A stretch of 64,000 nucleotides of DNA. It comes from Vicugna vicugna. Lineage: Eukaryota. The notes under the pieces are model-generated. The model was given only the letters and a program-made list of their open reading frames with translations, had not been told where the DNA came from and searched no databases. The stretch is from positions 1,238,911 to 1,302,910 of the forward strand of contig MU058531.1 of NCBI GenBank assembly GCA_013265495.1. The letters are read 5' to 3'. This document shows positions 51,350 through 64,000 of the stretch, piece after piece. Position numbers and translations under genes: made by a program. Every line of letters begins with the position of its first letter. Position 1 is the stretch's first letter.

Positions 51350-52415
51350 CACTCTTTTTTTTTCTATTTCCAACTTTTTATTTTGCAAGTTCAAAGTCTA
51401 GAGAAAAGTTGCCAGAATAGTTCAGTGAATACCCATATATACCTTTCACTTAGGTGTGCCACTTATTAACATTTTGCCACATTTGCTTTATCTCTCTGTA
51501 TATACATATTATTACAGTTCTCACTGAACTGTTTAAGAATACGTTGCAGATATGACCCTTTACCTCTCAATACTTTAGTTTGTATCACCTAAGAAGGAGA
51601 TATAGTTACCATATTCAGAAAGTGTAACATTGATACAATAGCATTAGCTATTGTGCAGATTTCTCTCAATGATGTCCTTTATAACAATAATATCCATGTA
51701 ACAACAGGAAGGAAGTTTCAGTCCAGGAAACAATCCAGGATCACACATTCCATTTAGTTATCATGTCTCTTTAATCTGTCTCAGTTTTTCTTTGCCTTTC
51801 ATTAACATTTTAATGTCTAACATTAACATTTTTGAAAAGTACAGGCCATTTGTTTTGTAAAATGTCCCTCAATGTGGGCTTATTTGTGTTTCTTTATGAT
51901 TAGGGTCAGGTTATGCATTTGGGGGCAGATGTATTACATGAGTACTGTTGTAGCCTCCTAAGTGCATCACCTCAGCAGGTGCATGATGTCAGGTGGTCCC
52001 CTTCCTAGGGATGTTAAATTTGATCAGTTAGTTTAGGTAGTGTCCAGTAGATTTCTCCACTGTAAAGGTATCTTTTTCTTTTTGTAATTCATAAATTATA
52101 TATGGAGAGATCTGAAAAACTATGTGAATATCCTAGTCCCCCAACAGACTTTAACCTAATGGTTTTAGGATCCCTGGAGACTCTTGCCTGAATCCTTTAT
52201 AATGACGGTGGTTGCAAAAATGGTGATTTTCTAACTCTTTCATTCCTTGTATAGTTATAAATTTGCCTTCTGTTGTAAAGAAGAGCTTCCATTTACCCCG
52301 TTCATTTGTTTGTTTATTAAAAACATGGACTCATGACTTCTTTTCTTTAAATTCAGTGTGTTATTATTCCTTACTGTCATTCGTTTTCATGCTCATATTG
52401 TCCTAGACTTGGCCT
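51350..52415 (-). mobile_element. L1MC/L1MD-type 3' fragment
   Basis: T-rich left end, TTAACATTTTGCCACATTTGCTTTATC, TTTTGTAAAATGTCCCTCAAT, TTTCTCCACTGTAAAG. Confidence 0.75.
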
Positions 52416-52489
52416 AACTGCACTGATCCCTAGCATGTGGGGAGAAATACGTAGTCCCAGGAGTAAGAAAAGGATTTAGTACACTCAAC

Positions 52490-52600
52490 AGTGCTTCTGA
52501 AATTTTAGTTGCGTATGAATTACCTGGAGCCCCAGATTCTGCATTCCTAGCAAGCTCCCTGGTGATGTTGATGCTGATAATCTGTGGATGGCAGGTGAAG
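52490..52600. mobile_element. MER5-type MITE fragment
   Basis: CAGTGCTTCTGAAATTTTAG...TTCTGCATTCCTAGCAAGCTCCCTGGTGATG. Confidence 0.65.
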
Positions 52601-53413
52601 GCGCAGAGGTGTGGGAGTCTGTAGGCTGACCTGGAAGACGTAAAACTGTCTTGCTCTCCCTGTATGACCATGAAAAAGTCACCTTATTAACGAGGAAGGG
52701 ACTGATCTTTTGAAGAGTGTATGAGTGTATGGTAGGCATGGAGGAGAGAAGAGCCATGCCGCTGCTGCTTGATTCCCAGAAATTGTGGTCATGAGGAACC
52801 TTGTATTCCTCTCACTCTTCTTACTTTTGCATTTCCCTAGAAATTCTGACCTACCCAGGAGCTGGCTTCAGCTCCTGATTCCTGGGATCAGGGGAGATAG
52901 TGACAGCCTCAGTGGAGGATATCTCTACTGGGGTTCTCCACTAGTTGGGTGGAACTTTATTGATACAAAGGGGACATTGGTAGTTTGACCTCTCCTTATA
53001 AAAAAATAGATGTTCAATTTTTTTTTCTTTTTCTGCTCTGTGGAACTGGTAGATTTCAGTGGCTTTTAATCAAATAATTTCCTTTTTGCCATTAAAAGCT
53101 GTTTCTAGATAGATTATTGTTGGCACTCTGGCCATCTGTGGTTTGAGAACATTACATTCAGAAAAGTTCCAAATGTATGCAGTATTTTGTATTGCTTAGT
53201 AATCTTGTTTAATCTATTTACATTTTTCTCAGTAATCTTTTTTTCTGACGTCATTTCATTAACTCATCTGTCATCTGACTTTTATATTTCCCCTTACGTC
53301 ATTCTGCTAAGAACTGATGGCATCTTCCTTATAGAGGAAGAGAACTTTACAAGTGTGGGAATCTCCCTATGACAGTCATAGAGGATGTGTCACAATCCAG
53401 AGGATATGCCTCA

Positions 53414-53751
53414 TGTTATAGACTGAATGTTTGTGTCCACATTCACCTGTTGAAATCCTATCCCCCAATATGATGGTATTAAAAGCAGGCCTCTGGTGAG
53501 AATTAAGATCAGATGAACATGGATCCCTGATGAGTGGATTTGTGCTTTTATAAGAAGCACAAGAGAGCTTGCTTTCTCTTGTGAGGATAGAACAGTAAAC
53601 CATCTGCAAATAAGAGGACTCTCACCAGAACCCAGCCATGGTGCCACCCTAATCTCAGACTTCCAGCCTCCAGAACACTGAGAAATAAGTTTCTGTTGTT
53701 TATAAGCCACCCAGTTAATGGTATTTTGTTATAGCAGCCTGAAATAAGATA
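53414..53751 (+). mobile_element. MLT1A-like solo LTR
   Basis: TGTTATAGACTGAATGTTTGTGTCC...GACTTCCAGCCTCCAGAACACTGAGAAATAA...GTTATAGCAGCCTGAA. Confidence 0.85.
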
Positions 53752-56700
53752 CCTGCTGATAGCAAATTATAGACGTCCTCATTTAGCAGTTACTGATCAG
53801 CCTTGGGAAGTGAGTGAATGTGGAGCCAGTGTGCACACGCCAACTCATTTAACAGAATCTGGAAGATTTTGAAAATGAGTGTGTGTGTGTGTGTGTTTCA
53901 ATTTCTACCATTTGTACCTTTTGCTGTTTCTCACATTTAAGGAGATAAGTGATGATAGCATTAGATTTAGTAAAGCCTGGGCTCTTTCTGACTTATGAAT
54001 GATTTACAACTTTGTACATCCCAGGGCTCTCCCTTAGCTCCCCCTTCTTTCTGGAACGCTGGCCCCCACTTCCCTGCTGAGGTTGCTTCGCCCTCTTCCC
54101 TTCATTGCAAGGAATCTGCCTGCTGCTAGAGCCCCTGTCTCTGCCAGAGAGTGCTCTTGCTCGTGTGATCCCCTCCTGGCCATGGCGCATACTTACGTGC
54201 TCATGGACTGCGTGGAGTTAGCAGGGGTTTTATTCTGAGTGACGCGTGTATTACAGAAGGGTGTTTAATATAGCCGCACTCTGAAAGCATTACATCTAAG
54301 AGCTAACCTGGCAGTCTCCCAGTGAGATGCATCAACAAGTGGGTACCTTTTAAGTTGTCTTTGTTAGAAGATGCCACCTGAGGATTTCTAATATCAAACT
54401 GTGTAATTGGCTTAGCCTGGTAAGAAGTGATTGTCCCACGGAGGTTCCATGGTTGCCATAGAAGCACGGGGCCAGCAGAACCTGCGGTCTGTGCGGCCAC
54501 CACTAGGGTATTCAGGGGCTTGGCCATGGCTGGGTGCCCAGGCCCTGTGGAAAGCAGAAGGGCTGTTTCAGTGCCTAGTGCTAGACACCTGCTACCAATT
54601 AGACCACACCTGCTTTCTGCTGTTTCGTCCCTCCCCTTCTCTCTCTCTGAGCTTTTCTTAAAAACAAAAACAACCAAAAACCAAAAAACTGAAAATCAGG
54701 ATTGTTTCAGATTCTGACCCAGATCTTTCTGTATCTTTGTAACCTCTCAAAACTGTGTTTGAATTCTGGTGATGGTCAGAGAGCAAGTTCCACCTCATTC
54801 AAATGTAAAAGAATAAACAGCACAGTCTGACATGGAAAAACTGTCAGACAGAAGAGCTGCTTCCGCAAAACCTCTGTAGGGCAATGGCAGCATCCCTCAC
54901 AGTGCCCCAGTGTTTAATGCGTCTGTACTAGAAGTGTTTGTTAAAAAAATGATCCAAGCAAAAAAAAAAAAAAAAAAAAGAATGGCAACTGTGTGCATTT
55001 TAGTTTCATTTCCCATCTTATCAGCCTTTGCAAAACATCATTTTGATTCCAACAAACCAGGATGCCTCATTCTATTTCCAAGGCTGTGGTTGCACACTGC
55101 TCGAATGTCAGCCCCTGGCTGTTTACATACACACATATGCATAGACTGGCAATATCCAGATACAGAATCATGCCTGCTTAGTTGGCATAATTAGCTGGGA
55201 TCTGTTGTGAGGTTGAGAAATACTCTTGAAGTTATGTGCGCCATTACTTTTACCCGGCAAGTCTTGAGATAATTTCTCAGGTGTCCCTTCATGACAGCGT
55301 GCTGCATTAATTCTACTTTCTGTATTGCTGTGAAATTGTTGTAAGTTCATCCAGCATGTATTGAGCATCTGCTAGGTTCACAGACCTGCACTGGGTCCTG
55401 CCTGTCCCTGCCTTCAGGGTGTTTGCCAGCTGCCCTGCATAAACACGGAACATCAGTATTCATGCTACATTAGTTAAGTATCAGGTGTGCGGGTCTCCAG
55501 CAGTTCTCAGGAAAGAGAGACTCAGATGAGGTGGAAAGGCTGAAAGAAGGAACAGCTTGAGAAGAGGGAGAACTGCAGTTGGCCTTCCTGGATGGTGGGA
55601 GGAGGAGGAAAGAGGGCATTCCATTTGGTGGGGAGCAGTATAAATAAGCAAAGGTTTTCACTTTGTGTTTGCCGGACGATGAGTAGCCTGCCCGAGCTGC
55701 AGAGCAGAGGTGCTGTGTGGGAGAGAGTGGAGAAAGGGTGGGGGAGCTTGTCTGGTGCCAGGCCCCCAAGGCGCTACGCTGGTCGCCACAGAGGAAAGTC
55801 ATCTGGAAGGTGGCGGGGCAGCACCGGTGGTCCTGGAGCCACCCTGCTGGGTTCCATGCCTGCCTCCATCCATCATGAGCTGTGTGATCCTGGTTGTCAT
55901 GCAAACTCTCTGTGCCGTGGTTTCACTTGGTGAACAAGGACAGTGATTTTTTTTCATCTCACGGGGTTGCTGTAAGGAATGAGAAATCATAATCAGATAA
56001 AGTACTTAGCACTGTGCTGGGTACTTGGTAGAGCTCATCACATTATCCACGGTTGGCCATGGGAGAGAAGCAGTGGCTTCAGAAGGCTGACTCTGACCTG
56101 ATGGGCAGGTTTAATGAAGCTTGAGGAGAACTGGTAGAGCTGACTTTTGCCTGGATGGAGTCTGAGATAGGATTTAAAGGTGTCCCCCAAATTCCAGCCT
56201 CTCTGCGTGAGAAGGCACGTGCAGAGGATGACGTGTTGAGTGAGGCCACTCTGTTTCCATCACATCTCCAGTTCACACATTTTTAGGAATGATCATGCTT
56301 GACCGTCATTCAGAAATGATTTCGTCAGAGTAATTGGCAGTGTCCCCTAATAGCCACAGAGAACTCTTAATGCTGGTCAGTTAGAGGAGGTGAGTTATTG
56401 GGCCAGGAGTAACTGGAAGTTTGTTTGTTTGGTGTTTGTTTTGTTTCATGGCTAATATTTTATATTGTGCTGACAGGGATGAGATGGAGAATTGAATCTA
56501 AATAAATTGAAGTGGAAAATAACTATGAATATCCCTACAAGAGTTGCAGTGTCTGACTTGAGTAACTCATGTGTGCTAGTTCTGTTCATTGTATTTACAC
56601 TCTGAGTGGATAAGAAAATGGAAGGCAGCTCTCCAGAGGAAAGTAGGAATTGGGTCTCATACTTTTCTTTGATGCTCTTCTTTCTTCTAACTCTAAGCTT

Positions 56701-57452
56701 TTTAGCTGAAAGTAAGTTTAATTCATCTGTGTAGCAGGAGGTTTGAATTTTTACTGAACCTGATGTCTCCTGTCTTTGAAAAGATAGGAATAAGCTGCAC
56801 TTCAGTTCTCTCTTCATGGTAGAAACTGTATGAAACATTTAAGGGCATGAGTGTAACACTCCATGAAGAAACAGTGTCCTCAAGGGAAAACACTACAAAA
56901 CGCTCACACTTCTGTTTATCACAGTCAGTTTTACTTCCTAAGTGCTACTTGGTCTATATTTTGATTCTGTAAATTATGGATGTCACCATATGTGGTATAG
57001 AGTGTTCTTACATGCAATTTAAGTGGTTTCAAGGGTGAAGGTTTACAGAGGCTAGCAGTTCTGGCAAAGCAGCCCAAATGTAATGCCGTGCACTGGCTGA
57101 CACCATCAGCTGTTAATTAGGCTTGATGGTATTTGTGTCCTATAAAACATATAAGAGATAATCAGTTAAAACTTAGCGTGACTCTAATGTGTGAATAAAA
57201 ACATCTCTCTAGTTCTTAGTCTGTGCAGCCTTTAAAATATACCATGCGTATGTGTGAGTACATGTAAGTATATATGTATGTTTATATGTACGTGTATCAA
57301 GTAATTTCTGTAACTATTTGGATATATGTAGCACAGATTAGTTCTATGCCAGATATTGTAAGTATCAGTCTATATCAGATTCTTTTGAACTGAATGAAAA
57401 GAATATCTAGAATTGAGTGCAGTATAAACTGATTTTAAAATAACCATATTCT

Positions 57453-57540
57453 AGGGGGTGGGTATACCTCAGTGGTAGAGTGCATGCTTAGCAAACATGA
57501 AGTCCTGAGTTCAATCCTCAATACCTCCATTAAAAGTAAA
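57453..57540 (+). mobile_element. Vic-1-type SINE with perfect 17-bp TSD
   Basis: GGGTATACCTCAGTGGTAGAGTGCATGCTTAGC...GAGTTCAATCC. TSD TAAAATAACCATATTCT at 57436-57452 and 57541-57557. Confidence 0.93.
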
Positions 57541-58059
57541 TAAAATAACCATATTCTTGTTTGTACACTTAGAAAAATTACATTGATATAAATAGGGATT
57601 CACTACTCTGCCCTTTCTATTCGCTTCAGTGAACTCCATTCCTTCCTCATCTTCCTCAGGCCCCAGTATAATCACCCTTAACCTCCTCTCAGCTCCATTC
57701 CTGCACCACACAGTGTCTGCAGTCCTTCTGCCTTTTGATCAGACCATTCCTTGTTTGTCCTGCTCCTTCCCCAGCGTGGCTGTGCAAATCAGTATGACTA
57801 GAAATGTGGTATCCAGTTCAGCTGGGATCTCAGTGCTAGGTTTTTGTTTATTTGTTTGTTTTTAAGTCCTTCTGTATTCTCTGGGCAAATTCTCTCTCAT
57901 GATCCCAAATTTGACCAGCCTCTTAACTTCCTTAACCCAGTGGTAGTTGAGTGGTGGTGCCTTCTGGTGGAAATATCCCTGGAGAGAATTTCCCCTCCCC
58001 TACAATGGGCAGTTCTGCAGCTCCCATCACCGCCCCTGTCGGTAGGTGGCCGTCTTCTC

Positions 58060-58378
58060 TCTGAGCCTCTGCGTCTTCACATAGCGTTCTTCCTATTTAT
58101 CTGTCCCCTGTTCTTATACCCTAGTCCTATTAAATTAAGGGTCCAGCTAGCTAGTATGACCTTCTTGTAACTTGATTATACCATCAAAGACTTTGTATCC
58201 AAATAAGGTCACATTCACAGATTCCAGGCTTGAGATAGAGATATATATACATATATATATATATACACACACATACATACATATATATATATCTCAAATA
58301 CATATAATATATATATATATCTCAAATACATATATATATATGTATTATCTTTTGGGGGACACAATTCAGCCTACAACA
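58060..58378 (-). mobile_element. MLT1B/C-like LTR fragment with expanded (TA/CA)n tract (58240-58345)
   Basis: ATCCAAATAAGGTCACATTCACAG...TTGGGGGACACAATTCAGCCTACAACA. Confidence 0.7.
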
Positions 58379-58887
58379 GGCATTTGGAATAAATCTCTAT
58401 GATATTTAACACTTAATGTGGCATATTAAAATAATGAAGTTAATGAATAAAGTACAAAAGTGGGAAATGTGCACATTGTTGCTGAATATGGGTATAATAA
58501 ATGTCAACTCTTAGAAGCTAAATTCTATTTATTCAGTTTTATCAGTGACTAGTTTATCATTGGATACTTCTGAAGTGAATTACCTTAACTTGTATGATGT
58601 AGAGACTTTATACAAGCACTCATGCCTATGCTAATAAGTTCACTTTCTAATTACAGAAATTCTTTCCTTTTCTAGTAGAAATAAGTACTCCACTTAAAAC
58701 TTCAGACTTCATTGGTAAAGAAGCTTAAGGAACAAATTATTCAGGAAATACTGTAAAGGAGATGGAAATCTACTGATTTATAACCATCAAGTTCCAATTA
58801 ACTTCCTTGTCAGTATTTGTGATAAGTATCATCCTAAAATTTAGGAAGTGAAACACCATTGTAAGTTGTTTAAGTCAAGAACAATTC

Positions 58888-59158
58888 TTTTTTAAAATAA
58901 AATTTTATTGAAGTGTAGTTGATTTACAATGTTAGTTTCAGGTGTACAGCAAAGTGATTCAGTTATACATATACTTACATATATATATTTTTTCAGATTC
59001 TTTTCCATTACAGCTCATTATGAGAAACTGAATATAAATCCCTGTGCTATATGGTAGGTCCTTGTTGTTCATCTATTTTATATGTAGTAATGTGTCTGTT
59101 AATCCCCAACCCCTGATTTATCCCTTCCTGCCCTTTCCTTTTTGGTAACCATAGTTTA
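58888..59158 (-). mobile_element. 5'-truncated cetartiodactyl-type L1 3'UTR
   Basis: TTTTATTGAAGTGTAGTTGATTTACAATGTT...CCCTGTGCTATATGGTAGGTCCTTGTTG. Imperfect TSD AAGAACA(A/G)TT. Confidence 0.85.
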
Positions 59159-59345
59159 AAGAACAGTTTTTGACAAAATTTTCCTTTTAAAAGCAAAAGT
59201 GGATATATGTAATTACCGCTCTTCCTTGGACTTTTCTGCTTTTTTTTTTTAATTTAGTACATTAAAATGCCAATATTCACATGATCTAATATCAAAGCCT
59301 CCTCTTTTATATTTCAACAATATAGGTAGTGAATGGTTCTCAGTC

Positions 59346-59541
59346 TTTTTTTTTTTCTTATTACACAAGTTACACAGGTTTATTGAAGACAATTTAGGAA
59401 GTTCATATAATTGAAACAGAACATAAAAATCACTCACAATCCTGTCACTCAGAGATGACCATTGTATTTCATTGGCTTTCCTTCCAGTCTTTTTTCTACT
59501 TAGACATATACACAAAATGTTATGGAACTCACAGGAAAAAA
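59346..59541 (-). mobile_element. Short retroposed insertion with poly(A), AATAAA and perfect 16-bp TSD; body resembles an old L1ME 3' fragment
   Basis: AATGGTTCTCAGTCTT at 59332-59347 and 59542-59557, T11 at 59346-59356, TTTATT at 59379-59384. Confidence 0.75.
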
Positions 59542-60467
59542 AATGGTTCTCAGTCTTGATGACTTGTGTGGAAAGCACTTGGAAACTCTTTTCCCCTGTT
59601 CACAGATTCTTCTTGATTTACAGGTAACAGTCATCCAGAAAGCTCAGAGGGAGGGTATGTCACCAGTACTTGTGTAAATTCCTTCGTTTGTCGTCATGGA
59701 AATAGAAGCATCCCACCTTCTCCTTACTCTGTGGGGCCAGATCTAGTTCCATAGCCACAGTATCCTTATTTCAAATGTGCCCTGTCTTGTTGCAGCTGTT
59801 GTCCTTCAAAGGAGGAAGGAGATGGGATGGTGAACTCTCACCACCCTGTCATTTAGGGCTTCCTCTCAGATCAGAATCCAGGCTGCCAAAGCTGGCCTCA
59901 GTGAGGCTGGAGTTGACAGGTACACGCACCCCAGCGTGCCAGGCCAGCTTGCAGCAGTGTCTGTAAGTATGTAAGCAGGTAGCTTTCCCCTTGAAGACCT
60001 GTGTTTTCTCTTAGATCAGGACTCTAGAATTCCACCTAGAAAGGAGAAATGCTTTAAATGCCACTGGGACGATTTGGTGTTTTGACATCAAAGGTCAGAG
60101 ACTAAGCCTGCTCTTTGACAAACAGGAGAGAATGTTTTTATTTAATATTCCTTTTCTCTTTGTTGGTAAAATTTCTCCATTGTGACTTGGGAGAAACATC
60201 AGATTATTCAAACATTTACAAAGAAGAATAAAAGATATCTTCTAACTCACCTAGCTGTTTGATTATGATGATGACAGTACCACCACCTCTGTATTCTACT
60301 CATTGCCTGGAAAATGGAAATCTTAGATTAAGACATTGCACTAAAAGTGTTCAGGTTTGAGACTGTCATCAAAAGCTTATTGCAGTTATAGAGATTCTCA
60401 ACTCTGGGATATAGGGAAGTTTTTAATTGTTATCATTTACGCATGTTTACAGAGAGATTCTCTAGGT

Positions 60468-60682
60468 CAGGAGCCAGCAGACTACCGCTCAACGGCCAAA
60501 TCTGGCTCGCTGCCTCCTTCTTAAATAAAGTTTTATTGGAACACAACAACATCCATTTATTTACATATTATTCTTCGCAGCTTTTGCCATATATAGGCAT
60601 AGTCGAATGGTTGCAACAGAAATCCTATGGCCCACAAAACCTCAAATGTTGCCACCTAACTCATTACAGATACAATTTGCTC
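60468..60682. mobile_element. MER58-like hAT MITE
   Basis: GGCCAAATCTGGC...AAATAAAGTTTTATTGGAACACA...TATGGCCCACAAAACC. Confidence 0.8.
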
Positions 60683-60869
60683 TGGATAATGCTTCCAAAT
60701 TGTACAACCATATAATTGAAGATCTTCAAGGCCCATTGGAGATGATGTATCCCAGGTCTAAGCAGTTTTAGAGATGGGCAGATCAAGGCTGATGAAGTGA
60801 GCCAAGGGTCTTGCTGTTTCCTCACGATTTCCTTTTCCTTTTTTTTTTTTAAAGGAAGATTTTTTCCCC

Positions 60870-61192
60870 CAAACTTTACTTACTGTGATAAAATAAATGT
60901 AACGCAAATTTTACCATTTAACCATTTTTAAGTGTTCAGCGGTTCACAGTTCAGTGGCATTAAGTACATTCATATTGTAAGATCGTCATCATCCATCTCC
61001 AGAAATTCTTCATCTTCCCAAACTGAAACTCTATACTCATTAAACAATAATCCGCTGCTCCCACTGCCCTCTCTTCCCCAGCCCCAGTCCCCGTCAACCA
61101 CCATTCTATTTTCTGTCTCCATGAATTTGACTGCTCTAGGTACCTTATGTAAGTGGAATAATACAATATTTGTCCTTTGTGACTAGCTTATC
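60870..61192 (-). mobile_element. L1MA/L1MB 3' fragment
   Basis: AAATTTTACCATTTAACCATTTTTAAGTG...TTTTCTGTCTCCATGAATTTGACTGCTCTAGGTACC. Confidence 0.85.
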
Positions 61193-61197
61193 CATAC

Positions 61198-61488
61198 CTT
61201 TTTTAAAAATCGAAGTATAGTCAGTTTACAATGTTGTGTTAGTTTCTGGTGTACAATGTAGTAATTCAGCTATATATATACATATATATATATAGCTATA
61301 TATATATATTCCTTTTCATGTTCTTTCTCATTGTAGGCTGTTACAAGGTATTAATGATAGTTCCCTGTGCTATACAATAGGACCTTGTTGCTTATCTATT
61401 TTATATATAGTAGTTACCATCTGCAAATCCCAAACTCCCAATCTGTCCCTCCACCACCCCTTCTTTCCCCCTGGTAACCGTAAGTTTT
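61198..61488 (-). mobile_element. 5'-truncated cetartiodactyl-type L1 3'UTR
   Basis: GAAGTATAGTCAGTTTACAATGTTGTGTTAGTTTCTGGTGTACA...TTCCCTGTGCTATACAATAGGACCTTGTTG. Confidence 0.85.
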
Positions 61489-62646
61489 TATCCTAACTTT
61501 TTAATTGAAGGAAATATGCTTTACAGAAACAGGAAAACCCTAGCCTTGTCCCTGACTGATTCACCAGTTGTCTTGTCCCAGGGTAAGCCGATTACCTTTC
61601 CTTAATGTCCTCAGCTCTATGACGGTACCTTTTAGTATTTTCCTTTGAAGAATATAATACAGTGTCATGATATTAGTCAATTAAAATTTAAAAAGAGACG
61701 ATTTTAAAAATACTAAGTTTGTGAATCTGGTATTTGGTTCCAATATTTTGGTACAAGGGAACACAAATTAATACTCAGGAAGTAAGTTTGTGGGCATTGG
61801 AATCAGAACCAGAGATGAAGGTTGATAATTCAGGGCCTGTGGACCACTCCTGGGTAGGATCACATGGATTTCATAGTTTGCTGGACTCAGTGTCTCCCTG
61901 GCCTGTGTTGCCTCCTCACTGCCCACGTCTTGGCCTTTGCACCTCCCTTTTTGTGCTCCTTGCTAATCATTATTTTTCTCTTTACACAAAGTTATTCCAG
62001 ATGTGGTTGTTTGATAATTGATTGTTTTAATTTACTAAATATGTCACATTTCAGTCCTACCTCCCTAGACTGTATATACATAGGTCACTCAATTGGAGTT
62101 CTAAAGGTTCATAAAACTCCTTACACTGCTGTGTACATCCTGTTTCTTGATTTCATCTTGATGAGTAATTTAAGCTATGATTGTCATATTTTGCACATTT
62201 ACCATCTAGAGAGTAATCTTTTTTTTAAAATTCTTGTAGGAGGAGGAAGGGTACCTGGCAGGAAAGTTAGGTAACTAACTGTTACTTCCTAAAAGCAAAT
62301 AAATTGTATGTAGGCATTTGTTCCAAGTACTTGTCACCAGGCCTTAAATTATGTCCTATGTTTCATTGTTGTTTTGTCCAACAACAGAACTTAAGAAGTT
62401 CTTAAAATTAATTCAGCAAGCATTTGTTTGCTTACTATGTACTAAGTGCATTACTTGTATTATTTCATATAATCCTCATAAAAACACCTTTCAGATAGGT
62501 ACTTTTATTATATCCATTTAGGCAGTGAGAAAATTGAGACAGAAAACAGTTCTTTGCCCTAGAACACAGAGCCAGTAAGAGATTATGCCCACATGTGAAC
62601 ATGGGCAGTCAGCTGCAAAGTCAGAATTCGTTTATTAGTTAGTACA

Positions 62647-62713
62647 TTCCTTCCTTCCTTCCTTCCTTCCTTCCTTCCTTCCTTCCTTCCTTCCTTCCTT
62701 CCTTCCTTCCTTC
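62647..62713 (+). repeat. (TTCC)n tetranucleotide microsatellite
   Basis: About 16-17 perfect units, at the tail of an L2-like fragment. Confidence 0.95.
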
Positions 62714-64000
62714 AACAAATGTTTAATGAGAGCCTATTATGTTTTAGACTTGATTCAAGGGGTACAGCTCTAATGATAAAATCCTTGCCCTCATGGGATT
62801 TATGCTCTGTTAACTATGTTCTGTGCAGCCATCTTGCATTCTCACTCATCATTTAATCTAAGATGCTTTGATGCTGGTGCTTTTTTCAGTTTCTTATCAG
62901 GAAGGTATCCAAGGAAGGTTTGATAACCAGCAGGAGTTTTTCCAGTCATCTGGGAAAACCTCTTTCAACAGACAGAAATGAAGAAACCATTGAAGGCAAA
63001 TACTGTTTCTCTCCCCTTGAACTATCAAGAACAAGTTCTCACAGCTTCTGAGACTACTGTAGGGTTTATCACCATGAAGGTCAAGAATTAAGAATGTCTG
63101 TCTTATGTGATAGTCGCCCCCTACCCTGCCTTTAATTCAGGCCAGCTTTCTCTTAGCCTTTCTGCAAACCTGGACAAATAAGAATCAGTATCTCAGTCAT
63201 AAAGTCTGTTTTAATAGTTGAAGACAGTCTGAAGATACAAGTTTGCCTTTTGTTTTCAAAAGGTTTTTTTGTTTTTGTTTTTGGTCCAAGAGGGAATTGT
63301 GAAATACCAGAGGGAAGATCCTCTTTGGTGGTTTGGCAGCCTCCTCTTTCAGATACAGTTTCCTTCCTCCCTTCCTTCCTCCCACTGGCTCCCCAGCCCC
63401 TCAGCCAGCAAAGCGTTACAGTTAATACCGTGCTGAAGTGTTAACTCCTAACCAGAGCCTCAGGTCCTTCACTGGCTGTTCTCCCTACCTGTGGACTAAG
63501 AATCCTAGTAATCCTAGTGAGCTGAGAACTGATATCTCAAGAGATGGCCCATAAGGGCTTACTTGTGACCCCACCTAGGGAATTTGCATTTTAATGGAAA
63601 ACATTTTTGCTAACCCTTTATTTGAGGTGAATGAATAAAGATTTAACATACTAATTCTACAATGTTGAACTAAGCCAAATTATTAAACATTTTTGTGGAA
63701 CCAGTTTTCTTTGTACAACTTTGAATTGCTCAGTGAAATAGTTAGGTTTCCTCATCATAGTTTTTAAAAATTGAGTGTGATGAATATGGAGTTCAGAGGA
63801 AGGAGTACTTTCTGACCGTTGTGTGCCTTACTTTATGCTGTGTCTCAGTTCTCTCCTGCCAGGAGTGTCTCATTCATTCTACAAACATTCTTTGGGTGTA
63901 TCTTAATAACAGAACTTCTGCTGGTGGGACAGAATTATTTAGGTACTATTCAGCTGCTGATGGTCCACAAAATTTCTGCTTACAGCTCATGTTCTTGAAG

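Noticed and set aside
1..64000. CRISPR arrays, operons, rRNA or prokaryotic/viral systems
   Set aside because: No repeat-spacer arrays, gene-dense regions or internal retroviral ORFs; the sequence is typical mammalian intergenic/intronic DNA.

Overview
Mammalian genomic DNA, most likely a camelid, since four tRNA-derived Vic-1-type SINEs are present. No spliced protein-coding exon can be supported in the window. There are two landmarks. (1) An intronless NUDT9 (ADP-ribose pyrophosphatase) retrocopy on the minus strand (13345-12301). It keeps an indel-free 275-codon core ORF. However, it has a stop and a frameshift in the mitochondrial leader, an E->K change in the Nudix REFGEE motif, and a nonsense codon 23 codons before the natural end. 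(2) A large CpG-island promoter (~22.0-23.8 kb) with a non-coding first exon ending at a strong donor (AAG|GTAAGG, 22488), followed by >41 kb of repeat-rich intron. From memory, this layout matches human 10q23.32 (NUDT9P1 ~10 kb upstream of the distal PCGF5 first exon); that orthology is inferred, not verified. If correct, the retrocopy is very old, and its conservative substitutions plus retained CpG-rich 5' end suggest a long-functional NUDT9 retrogene that was recently disabled or remodelled. The rest is MIR, L2, L1M, HAL1, CR1/L3, MLT1/LTR16/MER21 LTRs, hAT MITEs and microsatellites, plus one apparently young, TSD-flanked orphan retroposed fragment. Repeat subfamily names come from recall of consensus sequences and their boundaries are approximate.
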